Below are positions 18,330 through 28,115 of a stretch of DNA of 44,853 bases, in pieces. Under the pieces are notes generated by a model. That model was not told the origin of the DNA. It saw nothing but the letters and a program-made list of their open reading frames with translations, and did not search any database. Numbering within the stretch: the first letter of the stretch is position 1; each line of letters opens with the position of its first letter. Both the position numbers and the translations under genes were made by a program. This DNA comes from Microcoleus sp. GA_180221_E-2-1-MAG-45_12 (GTDB lineage Bacteria > Cyanobacteriota > Cyanobacteriia > Cyanobacteriales > JAAUUE01), in assembly GCA_020692245.1 (NCBI GenBank), contig JAIMKT010000019.1:10659-55511 (forward strand). The letters are read 5' to 3'.

Positions 18330-19397
18330 CTAGCTTAACCAACCCTTCAGCCGCCTTGCTACTTGGGGACGACGTAACTTCCGCATCGCCTTGCTTTGAA
18401 TTTGCCGGACACGCTCCCGGGAGAGATTAAACATCAAACCTACCTGCTCTAGGGTGTAGGGTTCATTGGTGGTCAAACCATAGCGCAGCGAAATCACATC
18501 TTTTTCCCGCTCCGTCAGCACATCCCCCAAGACTTGCCAAATTTCTTGACGCATCATCGCCTCGCCCATCTGTTCTTCTGGCAGTTGGTTTTGGTTATCC
18601 TCTAGGAGATCCACTAGTTCCGTGTCTTCCCCTTTGCCGACTCGGTGGTTGAGGGAGAGCGATCGCCGACGGAGTTGCAATAGTTGCCGGAGATGATTGG
18701 GGGAAACATCTAGTTCCTTGGCAAGTTCTTCTTCCTTGGGGTTGCGGCGGAGTTGCTGCTTTAGTTCTCGTTGGGCTTTCTTGAGCTTGTTGAGCTTCTC
18801 GACAATGTGGATGGGTAGGCGGATCGTCCGGGCATCGTTGGCGATCGTGCGGGTGATGGCTTGGCGAATCCACCAGTAAGCATAGGTAGAAAACTTGTAG
18901 CCCTTATCTGGATCAAACTTTTCGGCAGCACGGTTCAAGCCCAAGGCTCCCTCTTGGATCAAATCTAGGAAAGGCACACCCCGATTGAGATAGCGTTTGG
19001 CGATCGACACTACCAAGCGGAGATTGGAACGAATCATTTTCCGTTTGGCAACCCGTCCCCGATAGAGGCGATTTTCTAGCTGCCGTTCTGTAAACCCCAA
19101 AGATTCTGCCAATTCTGGCTTAGTCGGCTTACGGTTGAGCTTTTGCTGTAAACCTGTCTGGACTTCATCCACCATCACCAAAAATTGCACCCGTTTAGCA
19201 AGTTCCACCTCTTCCTCTGGTTTTAGGAGGGGATAACGAGCCATTTCCTTAAAGAATGCGCCTACGGTGTCATCACCACTGGTTTTCCGGTAGCCCGATA
19301 GCTGAGGAGCAGCCATATCATCCCCGGCTTGGGTAAAATATTCATCAACTGGGGCGAGGGGGTCAAGCTCTTCAAAATCATTATTCATATCAAACAT
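18330..19397 (-). CDS. sigE: Group 2 sigma-70 factor, SigE type
   Basis: DTVGAFFKEMARYPLL, SNLRLVVSIAKRYLNRGVPFLDLIQEG, TRTIANDARTIRLP, SLNHRVGKGEDTEL, RKLRRPQVARRLKGWL match SigE-clade sequence. Confidence 0.88.
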   Translation of the reverse strand: MFDMNNDFEELDPLAPVDEYFTQAGDDMAAPQLSGYRKTSGDDTVGAFFKEMARYPLLKPEEEVELAKRVQFLVMVDEVQTGLQQKLNRKPTKPELAESLGFTERQLENRLYRGRVAKRKMIRSNLRLVVSIAKRYLNRGVPFLDLIQEGALGLNRAAEKFDPDKGYKFSTYAYWWIRQAITRTIANDARTIRLPIHIVEKLNKLKKAQRELKQQLRRNPKEEELAKELDVSPNHLRQLLQLRRRSLSLNHRVGKGEDTELVDLLEDNQNQLPEEQMGEAMMRQEIWQVLGDVLTEREKDVISLRYGLTTNEPYTLEQVGLMFNLSRERVRQIQSKAMRKLRRPQVARRLKGWLS

Positions 19398-20027
19398 CCT
19401 AGTTAATTTCTGTGATTACGGTCTAGAGAAAGGCGTTTCTGTGGCTCTTTTGACCTTTAGTATTTATTTAACTGATGCGGACGAAAATCCAAAATTAGAT
19501 TAGGTTGCTAATGGGTGTGACCCCCAAGGCTGACTACTTTGATCAGATGTTATAGTAACGGGAATTCCAATGGCAACTTTATCAAACTGTTGTTTTTACC
19601 TAGTTTCTATCTAGAGAATACAATAAGGGACACTACATATCCAAAATACCAGAAAATTACGGCACAAATGTTGTTCTAGTAACAAAATGTCACTACCAAA
19701 ACCTTGCTGGTGTCGAGATATTACCGAATTCTGATCAAAAAACCATAGATCTGACTCCTACTTTTCTGCCCCAAATTCTCTCCAAATCAGGGAGACAGCC
19801 CCGTACCAGCTCTACAAAAAGATTTACGGGATTTTACGGAGATTTTTGAGAAGTTTTTTTAAGTTAAGATAGACAGGAATTAATTTCTATAGCCGAAATC
19901 TCCATAGCAAAAATTTTTATAGACAATTTTAATGGTCGGAGCAGAATATATTGGGGCAAAGTATATTGCTGCTTCTGAATAATGATCGCCCGTCACTGAT
20001 TTCCTATTTAACTATAACTAACTACCC

Positions 20028-22631
20028 ATGCTTGATTATGATTCTGGGTTAACCTTGGCAACGCCCTCTACTCCCTACTTTCCCGATCGCTCCCCCTTGG
20101 ATTCGGTGGAACCTGTTGATCTGGTTAATCATGGTGAGCATCTCCCAAAACTTTCTTTAGAATCTCCAGAATCCGCAACTGAATGGGTAGAAGTCCTTGT
20201 AGATTGCCCCGGACAGCAAGGCTTATACACTTACAAAGTAGCCCCAGAATTGGGAGTGCAGCCGGGAGATATTTTGAGCGTTCCCTTCGGCAATAGACAG
20301 TTGGGAGCGATCGCCCTGCACCTGTTATCTTCTCCCCCGACGCAGCTAGACCCAGAAAAGATCAAATCCGTAGAAGAAATTATTTGTCGGAATTATTTCC
20401 CCACTCACTACTGGGAACTCCTCGATCGAGTGGCTCGCTATTACCAAACATCCCTATTGCAAGTGATGAATGTTGCCCTGCCGCCGGGATTACTCAGTCA
20501 GAGCCAGCGCCGGATTCGCCTCAAGGGAAAAATTCCTGCCCAAGGAGATCTATTTCTCAGTACCAGTGCGAAGGAAATCTTGAAGCTCTTGCAACAGCAA
20601 AAAACTAGTGGCTACAGTTGGCGGCATTTGCAAAAACAGGTGAAATTCGCCAGTCGGGGTTTGCGAGAATTAACCAAACTAGACTGGGTAGAAAGCTATT
20701 TGGAACCTCCGAAGCCGCCCCGTCCTCAGCAAAAAAAGGTAGTGACTCTGACTAGGGGCATAAATGCCGAACTCCCAAAATTAACCCCGAAGCAACAGGA
20801 AGTTTTAGATATTCTGCGCCGCTCTGGAGGAGAGTTGTGGTTGTCGGAGCTATTACAAGTTTCCTTAGTGAGTAGTAGCGTTGTGGAGGGGTTGGCAAAG
20901 AAGGATTTAGTAACGATCGAATCTAGAGAAGTCCTCCGCAAGGGAAATACAGGGATACGCAATCCAGACCAGCCCAAGGAATTGACCCCCGATCAGGCGA
21001 TCGCCCTAAAGCAAATTAACTGCCTTTCTGGATTTACCCAAGTTTTACTCCACGGGGTCACGGGGTCAGGGAAAACCGAAGTCTACTTGCAAGCGATCGC
21101 CCCCATTCTGGCTCAGGGAAAATCTGCCCTTGTCCTTGTCCCGGAAATTGGTCTGACTCCCCAACTCACCAGTAGATTCCAAGACCGTTTTGGGCAGCGA
21201 GTTTTTGTTTATCACAGTGGTTTGGGTAATGGGGAACGTTACGATACCTGGCGGCAGATGCTCATGGGGGAACCACAGGTAATTATCGGTACTCGATCGG
21301 CAGTTTTTGCCCCCCTGCCCCAATTGGGAATGATTATCCTTGATGAAGAACACGATAGTAGTTTTAAGCAAGACCAGCCTGCTCCCTGTTACCATGCCCG
21401 GACGGTGGCAAAATGGCGATCGCAACTAGCAGACTGTCCCCTTATTCTTGGCTCTGCCACCCCAGACCTCGAAACATGGGTACAGGCTCAAAATCCTTGT
21501 GAATCTGGTGAATCTAACCAATTTCTCTACCTTGCCCTGCCAGAGAGAATTAATACTCGTCTTCTGCCCAAGATTGAAATTATTGATATGCGTTTGGAGT
21601 TTCAGGCAGGAAATAGGTCTATTTTTAGCTTGGCTTTGCAGGAAGCGATCGCCCAAATGCAGAAAAGTGGGCAGCAGGGAATTTTATTTGTGCCTCGCCG
21701 GGGCTATAGCACCTTTGTTTCCTGTCGCAGTTGCGGTTATGTCATGGAATGTCCCCACTGTGATGTGTCCCTTTCTTACCACCATATTAAACATCCCCAG
21801 CGAGAATCTAAGCCAGTCTTGCAATGCCACTACTGCAACCACCAACGCCCCCAACCAACCCAATGCCCAGAGTGCGGCTCTCCTTATTTCAAATTTTTCG
21901 GCAGTGGTACTCAGCGAGTGACCCAAGAACTGGAGGAATTATGCCCCGGTTTAAGAATCATGCGGTTTGATAGCGATACTACCCGCACCAAAGATGCTCA
22001 CCGAATTTTGCTCGATCGCTTTGCCCAAGGAGAAGCCGACCTATTAGTGGGAACCCAAATGCTCACCAAGGGTATAGATTTAGCCCAAGTTACCCTAGTG
22101 GGGGTAGTTGCTGCCGATGGTTTATTACACCGGGCCGATTACCGAGCTACAGAGCGGACTTTCCAAACCCTAACTCAGGTAGCAGGCAGAGCCGGACGGG
22201 GAGATTTACCGGGGCGAGTCCTGATTCAGACCTATTCCCCCGACCACACCGCAGTGATGGCAGTACAACGGCAAGATTATCCCAGTTTTGCCGCCACAGC
22301 CCTGAAGGAACGCATTGATCTAGGCTATCCTCCCTACGGAAAATTGGTGCTACTCCGTTTGGCTGGTCAACCGGGAGAAGCAGTACAGGCAGCAGCCGAA
22401 GCGATCGCCGATTATCTAGAAGATTTACCCGATCGAGCCTTTAATCTCTTGGGGCCAGCCCCCGCCACAATTCTCCGGGTAGCCGATCGCTTCCATTGGC
22501 AAATTCTCCTGAAATTTCCTCCCCAAGTCATCCCAGTGTTACCATCTCTAGAGGAACTCCGCAGTTTAGTTAAGAGCCTAAGCTCTGGTGTGAGTCTATC
22601 GATCGATGTCGATGCACTGAATTTGGGATGA
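20028..22631 (+). CDS. priA: Primosomal protein N' (helicase)
   Basis: HGVTGSGKTEVY, LVPEIGLTPQ, DEEHDSSFKQ, four CxxC motifs, GTQMLTKGID, QVAGRAGR. Confidence 0.97.
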   Translation: MLDYDSGLTLATPSTPYFPDRSPLDSVEPVDLVNHGEHLPKLSLESPESATEWVEVLVDCPGQQGLYTYKVAPELGVQPGDILSVPFGNRQLGAIALHLLSSPPTQLDPEKIKSVEEIICRNYFPTHYWELLDRVARYYQTSLLQVMNVALPPGLLSQSQRRIRLKGKIPAQGDLFLSTSAKEILKLLQQQKTSGYSWRHLQKQVKFASRGLRELTKLDWVESYLEPPKPPRPQQKKVVTLTRGINAELPKLTPKQQEVLDILRRSGGELWLSELLQVSLVSSSVVEGLAKKDLVTIESREVLRKGNTGIRNPDQPKELTPDQAIALKQINCLSGFTQVLLHGVTGSGKTEVYLQAIAPILAQGKSALVLVPEIGLTPQLTSRFQDRFGQRVFVYHSGLGNGERYDTWRQMLMGEPQVIIGTRSAVFAPLPQLGMIILDEEHDSSFKQDQPAPCYHARTVAKWRSQLADCPLILGSATPDLETWVQAQNPCESGESNQFLYLALPERINTRLLPKIEIIDMRLEFQAGNRSIFSLALQEAIAQMQKSGQQGILFVPRRGYSTFVSCRSCGYVMECPHCDVSLSYHHIKHPQRESKPVLQCHYCNHQRPQPTQCPECGSPYFKFFGSGTQRVTQELEELCPGLRIMRFDSDTTRTKDAHRILLDRFAQGEADLLVGTQMLTKGIDLAQVTLVGVVAADGLLHRADYRATERTFQTLTQVAGRAGRGDLPGRVLIQTYSPDHTAVMAVQRQDYPSFAATALKERIDLGYPPYGKLVLLRLAGQPGEAVQAAAEAIADYLEDLPDRAFNLLGPAPATILRVADRFHWQILLKFPPQVIPVLPSLEELRSLVKSLSSGVSLSIDVDALNLG

Positions 22632-22657
22632 ATACTGCTTTATACATGGAGGGCTAG

Positions 22658-23038
22658 ATGGGAACCAGGACTGTGTTAGTGATTGATGATGAGGATGATA
22701 TCCGGGAAGTTGCTCAACTGTGCTTAGAGGCTGTGGGGGGATGGCAAGTAGTTACTGCTGCCTCTGGACAGGAAGGAATACTCAAGGCTGCCGCCGTTGC
22801 CCCCGATGCGATTCTCCTTGATGTAATGATGCCAGACCTAGACGGGCCGACCACCTTTGTTCATCTCCAAGCTGACCCCGCTACTAGGGCTATTCCGGTA
22901 ATTCTTTTGACTGCCAAGGTGCAAGCCTCGGAACAACGCAAATTTGCAGCTTTGGGGGTAAAGGCTGTGTTAGCCAAACCCTTCGATCCCTTGACTTTAG
23001 CGGAACAGGTGGCGGAGGTTCTGGAGTGGCAAGATTAA
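22658..23038 (+). CDS. Single-domain CheY-like response regulator
   Basis: LVIDDE, ILLDVMMPDLDG, LLTAK, KPFDP. Confidence 0.93.
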   Translation: MGTRTVLVIDDEDDIREVAQLCLEAVGGWQVVTAASGQEGILKAAAVAPDAILLDVMMPDLDGPTTFVHLQADPATRAIPVILLTAKVQASEQRKFAALGVKAVLAKPFDPLTLAEQVAEVLEWQD

Positions 23039-23107
23039 TCACCAGAGTAATTAAGCTCGATCGCCATATTAATAAGGAGAATCAGGATCATCACTTGGGG
23101 ATAACTC

Positions 23108-23521
23108 ATGAAATACTTGCTAGGCTTTGATCCCGGACGAGATAAATGTGGGGTGGCGGTGGTAGAAAAGGTGACAAATACCCCAACGATCGATCGAGTG
23201 TGTCTCCATCAAATTTTGCCATCATCGATCGCAGTATCAGGTTTACAAGATTTGTGTCGGCAGTTTGACTTTGAAGTGTTGGTAATGGGAGATGGGACTA
23301 CAGCCAAGGAGTGGCAGGAAAAGTTTCGCCAGAGTTTAGCTATTCCGGTGGTTTTGGTGAATGAACGCAATAGTACTCTAGAGGCGCGCGATCGATACTG
23401 GCAGATGTTTCCGCCCCAAGGTTTCCAAAAAATTATCCCCCAAAGTTTACGGCGTATCGATCGGCCGATCGACGATATTGTGGCAATCCTGCTGGTGGAG
23501 CGCTTCCTAGCAACTCAGTAA
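23108..23521 (+). CDS. YqgF/RuvX family nuclease (RNase H fold)
   Basis: LGFDPGRDKCG, VMGDGT, VNERNSTLEAR..YW, PIDDIVAILL. Confidence 0.88.
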   Translation: MKYLLGFDPGRDKCGVAVVEKVTNTPTIDRVCLHQILPSSIAVSGLQDLCRQFDFEVLVMGDGTTAKEWQEKFRQSLAIPVVLVNERNSTLEARDRYWQMFPPQGFQKIIPQSLRRIDRPIDDIVAILLVERFLATQ

Positions 23522-23529
23522 TTGTAGTT

Positions 23530-23982
23530 TTAATCAATAGATTGCCAATCTAATGCCCTAATAAATCGATTCAGATGAGCGACATTAGTAGTTGCTACGA
23601 TTGCCTCTGTTGTGTCACTACAAAGAAGACGTGCTTGGGCAGCTAGAATAACATCCCCATCTAATGCTTTGGGATCGGCAGTGGGTTGCCCTGATTGTCT
23701 TGCTTCTGCCCATATACTAGCCGCTAATATCATTGTCTTTGTCTGAATTGAACTATATTCAAGAGTCTGCTTTAAGTTATCAAGACGGCGGACACTGTTT
23801 AATAAACCTGCACGGAGCAGTTCTCGGCGCACCTCATAATCAGCAATTTCTGGAATAATAACCCGTTCTCCTCTTTGTAAAAGAGATTTTAGCCACATTT
23901 GACAGGCAAGAGGAATTCCCTTAGCTTTAGGATTAGTTACCATCCCTAGGGGACCCGAGTCCAGTACAATTAGTCGATTCAT
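23530..23982 (-). CDS. PIN-domain (VapC-like) toxin
   Basis: IVLDSGPLG, PEIADYEVRRELLR, ALDGDVILAAQ, VATTNVAHL. Confidence 0.88.
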   Translation of the reverse strand: MNRLIVLDSGPLGMVTNPKAKGIPLACQMWLKSLLQRGERVIIPEIADYEVRRELLRAGLLNSVRRLDNLKQTLEYSSIQTKTMILAASIWAEARQSGQPTADPKALDGDVILAAQARLLCSDTTEAIVATTNVAHLNRFIRALDWQSID

Positions 23983-24281
23983 GGGAACAATGGACGATTA
24001 GATAACCGATCTTCATCAAGAGCAACTTTCAGAAAATCCCATGTTTGTTGATGTTCAGAAGCATCTTCATCGCTATTAATCCAAGAATCTAATAGGTCGA
24101 TCGCTGCTTGATTTTTCTGGGCTTGCTCAACATTAACAATCGGTAAAGTAGTTGATGGAATTCTTTGCCTAAACTGACGCAAAGTGTTTAGTAAATCTGT
24201 CCAATGCTCTTTGGGAGTTGCTTCAATCTCATCAAGTAGTAATTTGAGAGAAGTTGGAGATGAGCCAGAAGGGTTGACCAT
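23979..24281 (-). CDS. Putative antitoxin paired with the PIN toxin
   Basis: 100 aa, 4-bp ATGA overlap with PIN gene, NQAAIDLLDSW...EHQQTWDFLK.ALDEDR.S.R.LFP. Confidence 0.75.
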   Translation of the reverse strand: MVNPSGSSPTSLKLLLDEIEATPKEHWTDLLNTLRQFRQRIPSTTLPIVNVEQAQKNQAAIDLLDSWINSDEDASEHQQTWDFLKVALDEDRLSNRPLFP

Positions 24282-24590
24282 AGATTAAAAATGGCAATCA
24301 AAAACTATTAATTTGATTTTATTGTACGTGTTGCCGGAGTGTAAAGCACTAGCATGATTGTAGTTTTGGAGCCATACCTCGATTAGCCATACACCTCCCA
24401 CAATTTCTAAATTTTCTTCAGGATGATTCCGGATTCTCTAAATTTTGGAGCTAGTTTCTAAAATAATCTCTGGAATAGTTGTGGCATCCTGTGGCACTTT
24501 TAGAGATTCTCGCCGTCCTAGGGGGGTAAGTCTCATAAGTTTTGAGAATTTTCTGATACACTTTAAACCAAAATTAACTTTTACTGAAAA

Positions 24591-25127
24591 ATGTTTCTAT
24601 CTATAAAAAAGCCCCTCCACATCTTATTGTCTGCGACTTTGGTAGCTGGTAGCTTGCTCACAGGTGGTTTAACCGCATTTGCTCAAAATACTCCCGGATT
24701 TACCATTTTTAGCGGGGTGCGGGGTGAAAATGAATTGAGATATTTCCTCGATTTTGGTGGTCGTCCCTTTCAGTTTGAGCGTTATCGCCTGCGGATTCCC
24801 TCCAGCAAAATGGAAACTGGCGTATCCGAGTTTATTGTTGCCTACCCAGATTACTTTGATGGCATTATCGATCCGGGGGCGATCGAGCTATCAGTCCGGG
24901 GCAGAACTGTTCCTGTAGATGCAGTAGTAGACACGGAAGCCCGGCGGATTCAAATTGTCCCTAGAGAAGTAGTGGTTTCTGGCAGCCCTGTGGAAATTAT
25001 TCTCAGTAATGTCAAAAATCCCCAGTACGGCGGCACCTATTACTTTGAAGCCTTTGCCAATGCTCCCGGAGATGTTCCCCTATCTCGCTATCTAGGGACT
25101 TGGATCATCACGATCGGCGGCAATTAA
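24591..25127 (+). CDS. DUF2808 family secreted protein
   Basis: Signal peptide (AFA|Q), LRYFLDFGG, RYRLRIP, SNVKNP..GGTYYF, YLGTWII. Confidence 0.82.
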   Translation: MFLSIKKPLHILLSATLVAGSLLTGGLTAFAQNTPGFTIFSGVRGENELRYFLDFGGRPFQFERYRLRIPSSKMETGVSEFIVAYPDYFDGIIDPGAIELSVRGRTVPVDAVVDTEARRIQIVPREVVVSGSPVEIILSNVKNPQYGGTYYFEAFANAPGDVPLSRYLGTWIITIGGN

Positions 25128-25186
25128 CTCTTTGGTTAAATCTCTTGAATTTAAGACTATAATTCAGACTCTATTCAACCACTGGT

Positions 25187-25576
25187 TTAAGATACAGGCA
25201 GAAAAGACACATGGGCAAAAACAATCTTCCAACCTTGGGGGAATTTGTACCAAGTTTGACTCTGCCTGCCATACCGGGGAGTGCCGTTGATATTCCGTTT
25301 AAATTCTAAAATTACTGAAGCCGTATCTTCCCCGATCGTTACCACCTTTAGCTTGATAATCTCCCTCTCTAGATTGACTGCTGGTCGTCCTTGACGGAAC
25401 TCTCGAATCTCTTCAATCCCGTACAGATTTTCCGTTGCCCCCAGCCGAATAACTTCTGGAGAGTCCCAAAATAGCCGATCCATAGTGGGAATATCATTAG
25501 TACATAGCGCAGTTTCGTACTCCATATAGAGGGCAGTTAGCTCGGCAACAAGGGCAGGATTGTTAATTTCTGGCAT
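25187..25576 (-). CDS. AtzH-like / HpxZ (DUF3225) protein
   Basis: YETAL..ND...LFW.S...IRLG..ENLYG..EI..FR, GRQSQTW, GWKIVFAHVS. Confidence 0.85.
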   Translation of the reverse strand: MPEINNPALVAELTALYMEYETALCTNDIPTMDRLFWDSPEVIRLGATENLYGIEEIREFRQGRPAVNLEREIIKLKVVTIGEDTASVILEFKRNINGTPRYGRQSQTWYKFPQGWKIVFAHVSFLPVS

Positions 25577-25669
25577 GGTGTTTATTTCTGGAACCTAGTG
25601 TTAAAATTCTTAAAGCTAAAGATACCAGCTTTTCGATCGTCCACTGATTAGAATTTACTCAGGTTTTAC

Positions 25670-26446
25670 ATGGTTACATCATTCCAGAATAGCTCCCTGC
25701 CTACATCTAGCAATGTTCCTGAAGATTTCGGTTATCGAGGATTAATTATTGGACTCATAGTTATTGGAACATGGGCGGTAAGTACAGGGTTCCTATTTAC
25801 AATTGATGTCAGCCAGACCCCGATCTACTTAATAATTCCTGCCATGCTCTGGCAAATCTTTCTCTACACTGGTCTATTTATCACCGCCCACGATGCAATG
25901 CATGGGGTTGTCTTTCCCCAGAATAAAACCATTAATGATTTGGTGGGTAATGTCGCTGTTAAATCCTACGCCTTATTTGATTACCAAAAACTAGTCAAAA
26001 AACACTGGGAACACCACTACCATCCCGCTAGTACTGAAGACCCCGATTACCACGAAGGAACCCACAAAAACTTTTTTATCTGGTATGCAAAATTCATGGG
26101 AACCCACTGGAGTTGGTGGCGGATTTTGGGCTTGAGCTTGCTCTACAACGTGATGAAATCCCAGCTTCATATTCCTGATGACAATCTCACTCTATTTTGG
26201 GTATTACCTTCCCTCCTCAGTTCCGTACAACTTTTCTACTTCGGCACGTACCTGCCCCATCGAGAACCCGCAGCAGGCTATAGTGACGACCACCGAGCCA
26301 CCAGCAGCTATCGCCCTCTCTGGCTATCCTTTATCACCTGCTATCACTTCGGCTACCACTGGGAACACCACGAATATCCGCTCCTCCCTTGGTGGCAATT
26401 ACCCAAAGCAAGAAGAACTCTTTTGCCTGAATATGTTGCTGAGTAG
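25670..26446 (+). CDS. crtW: Beta-carotene ketolase
   Basis: LYTGLFITAHDAMHG, KHWEHHYHP..EDPDYH, QLFYFGTYLPH, TCYHFGYHWEHH..P.LPWWQLP. Confidence 0.93.
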   Translation: MVTSFQNSSLPTSSNVPEDFGYRGLIIGLIVIGTWAVSTGFLFTIDVSQTPIYLIIPAMLWQIFLYTGLFITAHDAMHGVVFPQNKTINDLVGNVAVKSYALFDYQKLVKKHWEHHYHPASTEDPDYHEGTHKNFFIWYAKFMGTHWSWWRILGLSLLYNVMKSQLHIPDDNLTLFWVLPSLLSSVQLFYFGTYLPHREPAAGYSDDHRATSSYRPLWLSFITCYHFGYHWEHHEYPLLPWWQLPKARRTLLPEYVAE

Positions 26447-26511
26447 ATATTAGTAGGGTGGGTAACGCCCACCAATAACCCCACCACAGATATTTTGTGT
26501 AGATGCTGTAG

Positions 26512-27177
26512 TTAAGAAGATAAGTCTTTTAACTCTTCCATCAGGTATATGCCCCTTGAAGTCCCTAGGCGAGTTGCTCCGGCAGTGATTAGTTCTGCGG
26601 CTTGGGCATAGGTTTTGATGCCTCCAGAAGCTTTGATGCCTACGGATCCTCCGGTGATTTCTTGCAACAGCCGGATATCGGCAACGGTAGCTCCCCCCCG
26701 CCAACCCGTACTAGTCTTCAGGAAGGCGACTCCCGCATCTAGACAGATTGCCGCAGCTAAACGAATTTCATCGGGGGTTAGTAAACTAGTTTCTAAGATT
26801 GCCTTGACTGGTCGATCGCTCTCTTCGCAGATTTGAGCAATATCTTGATAGACTTCTTCTTTCTTCCCCGCCTTCAGCCAGCCTAAATTAATCACTACAT
26901 CTAACTCATCAGCTCCATTATCCACCGCTTCTTGGGCTTCGTAGAGCTTGGCACTAGAAGTTGTCGCTCCGGTAGGAAACCCAATGACTGTACACACCTT
27001 AGGCTGTTTACCGTGGAGGAGTTGGGCAGCTTGATAGACAGCACTGGGATAGACACAGACGGAGGCAAAATGATAGCGATCGGCCTCTTCGCAACATTGG
27101 ATCACCATATCTGGGGTAGCGCAGGGATCGAGGAGGGAGTGATCAATAAAGGGCGCAAGGTTTATAAGTTGTTCCAT
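26512..27177 (-). CDS. deoC: Deoxyribose-phosphate aldolase
   Basis: [54 protein letters not shown]. Confidence 0.96.
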   Translation of the reverse strand: MEQLINLAPFIDHSLLDPCATPDMVIQCCEEADRYHFASVCVYPSAVYQAAQLLHGKQPKVCTVIGFPTGATTSSAKLYEAQEAVDNGADELDVVINLGWLKAGKKEEVYQDIAQICEESDRPVKAILETSLLTPDEIRLAAAICLDAGVAFLKTSTGWRGGATVADIRLLQEITGGSVGIKASGGIKTYAQAAELITAGATRLGTSRGIYLMEELKDLSS

Positions 27178-27224
27178 AGGATTTTAAGAGAGATTTTTTG
27201 AGAGATGTTGAGAGGGGATTGTTT

Positions 27225-28070
27225 ATGGGATGGGGGCAGAAAGTTGTTAAAGGGTTAAAAGTTGTTAAAGGGTTAAAGGGATTAGTGGGAGCTTTGGTTT
27301 TTTATACCCGTTTACCTGTTGCTGCCCAGATTCCCTACGAGATCGATCGCATTGGGCGGTTTGCTCCGGTGGTAGGTCTGCTCCTAGGGATTTGTCTAGT
27401 AATTGGGGATTGGGGGCTAGTCTGGTTGGGAATAGGGAGTTTTAGCCGGGCTGTTTTATTGGTTTGTCTGTGGTGTTTGCTGACGGGAGGCTTACATTTA
27501 GACGGGGTGATGGACACGGCGGATGGGTTAGCAGTGCAAAATCCACAACTCCGGCTCCAAGTGATGCAAGATAGCCAGACGGGAGCTTTTGGGGTAATGG
27601 CTGGGGGATTGTTACTCTTGCTAAAGGTAGCATTTTTAACAGACTTGGAACATAGTCAGGCTCTTATTTATAGTTCAGGTATTTATAGTCCAAGATTTTG
27701 GGCGTTGTTACTCGCTCCAGTATGGGGTCGATGGGGACAGGTGCTGGCGATCGCTTTCTATCCCTATCTACGACCAACGGGGAAGGGGGCTTTTTTGAAG
27801 GCAGAAATGCAACTGCCCATAGATTTTCTTTGGGGTGCAGGATGTTTGATCTTGCTCACGGGGCTACAAATCTGGAAAATGGGGAACTGGTGGTTTACTC
27901 TGGGGTCATTTCTGGGGGGTGGGACGATCGCTTGGGGAGTGGGCTATTGGTTCCATCGGCGTTTGGGTGGACACACGGGGGATTCCTACGGGGCAGTGGT
28001 GGAGTGGACGGAGGCGGCTTTTTTGGGACTGGTGTTGGTGGTTGAGGCGATGATCGATCGATTCACCTAG
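27225..28070 (+). CDS. cobS: Adenosylcobinamide-GDP ribazoletransferase (cobalamin synthase)
   Basis: FYTRLP, TGGLHLDGVMDTADG, MQDSQTGAFG, GGHTGDSYGAVVEWTE; start uncertain (27198 or 27225). Confidence 0.93.
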   Translation: MGWGQKVVKGLKVVKGLKGLVGALVFYTRLPVAAQIPYEIDRIGRFAPVVGLLLGICLVIGDWGLVWLGIGSFSRAVLLVCLWCLLTGGLHLDGVMDTADGLAVQNPQLRLQVMQDSQTGAFGVMAGGLLLLLKVAFLTDLEHSQALIYSSGIYSPRFWALLLAPVWGRWGQVLAIAFYPYLRPTGKGAFLKAEMQLPIDFLWGAGCLILLTGLQIWKMGNWWFTLGSFLGGGTIAWGVGYWFHRRLGGHTGDSYGAVVEWTEAAFLGLVLVVEAMIDRFT

Positions 28071-28115
28071 ATACTTTAGAATCAAGAATTAAAAATTAAA
28101 AAGAAATAATTAACG

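Noticed and set aside
24388-24403. ACACCTCCCACA resembling the Yfr1 sRNA motif
   Set aside because: It does not match ACTCCTCACAC and lacks flanking hairpins; better explained as a minus-strand RBS.
1477-25576. A nitrogen-scavenging gene cluster (amt1, amidase, HpxZ-like, sigE)
   Set aside because: The genes are dispersed over 24 kb among unrelated housekeeping genes, with no operon structure.
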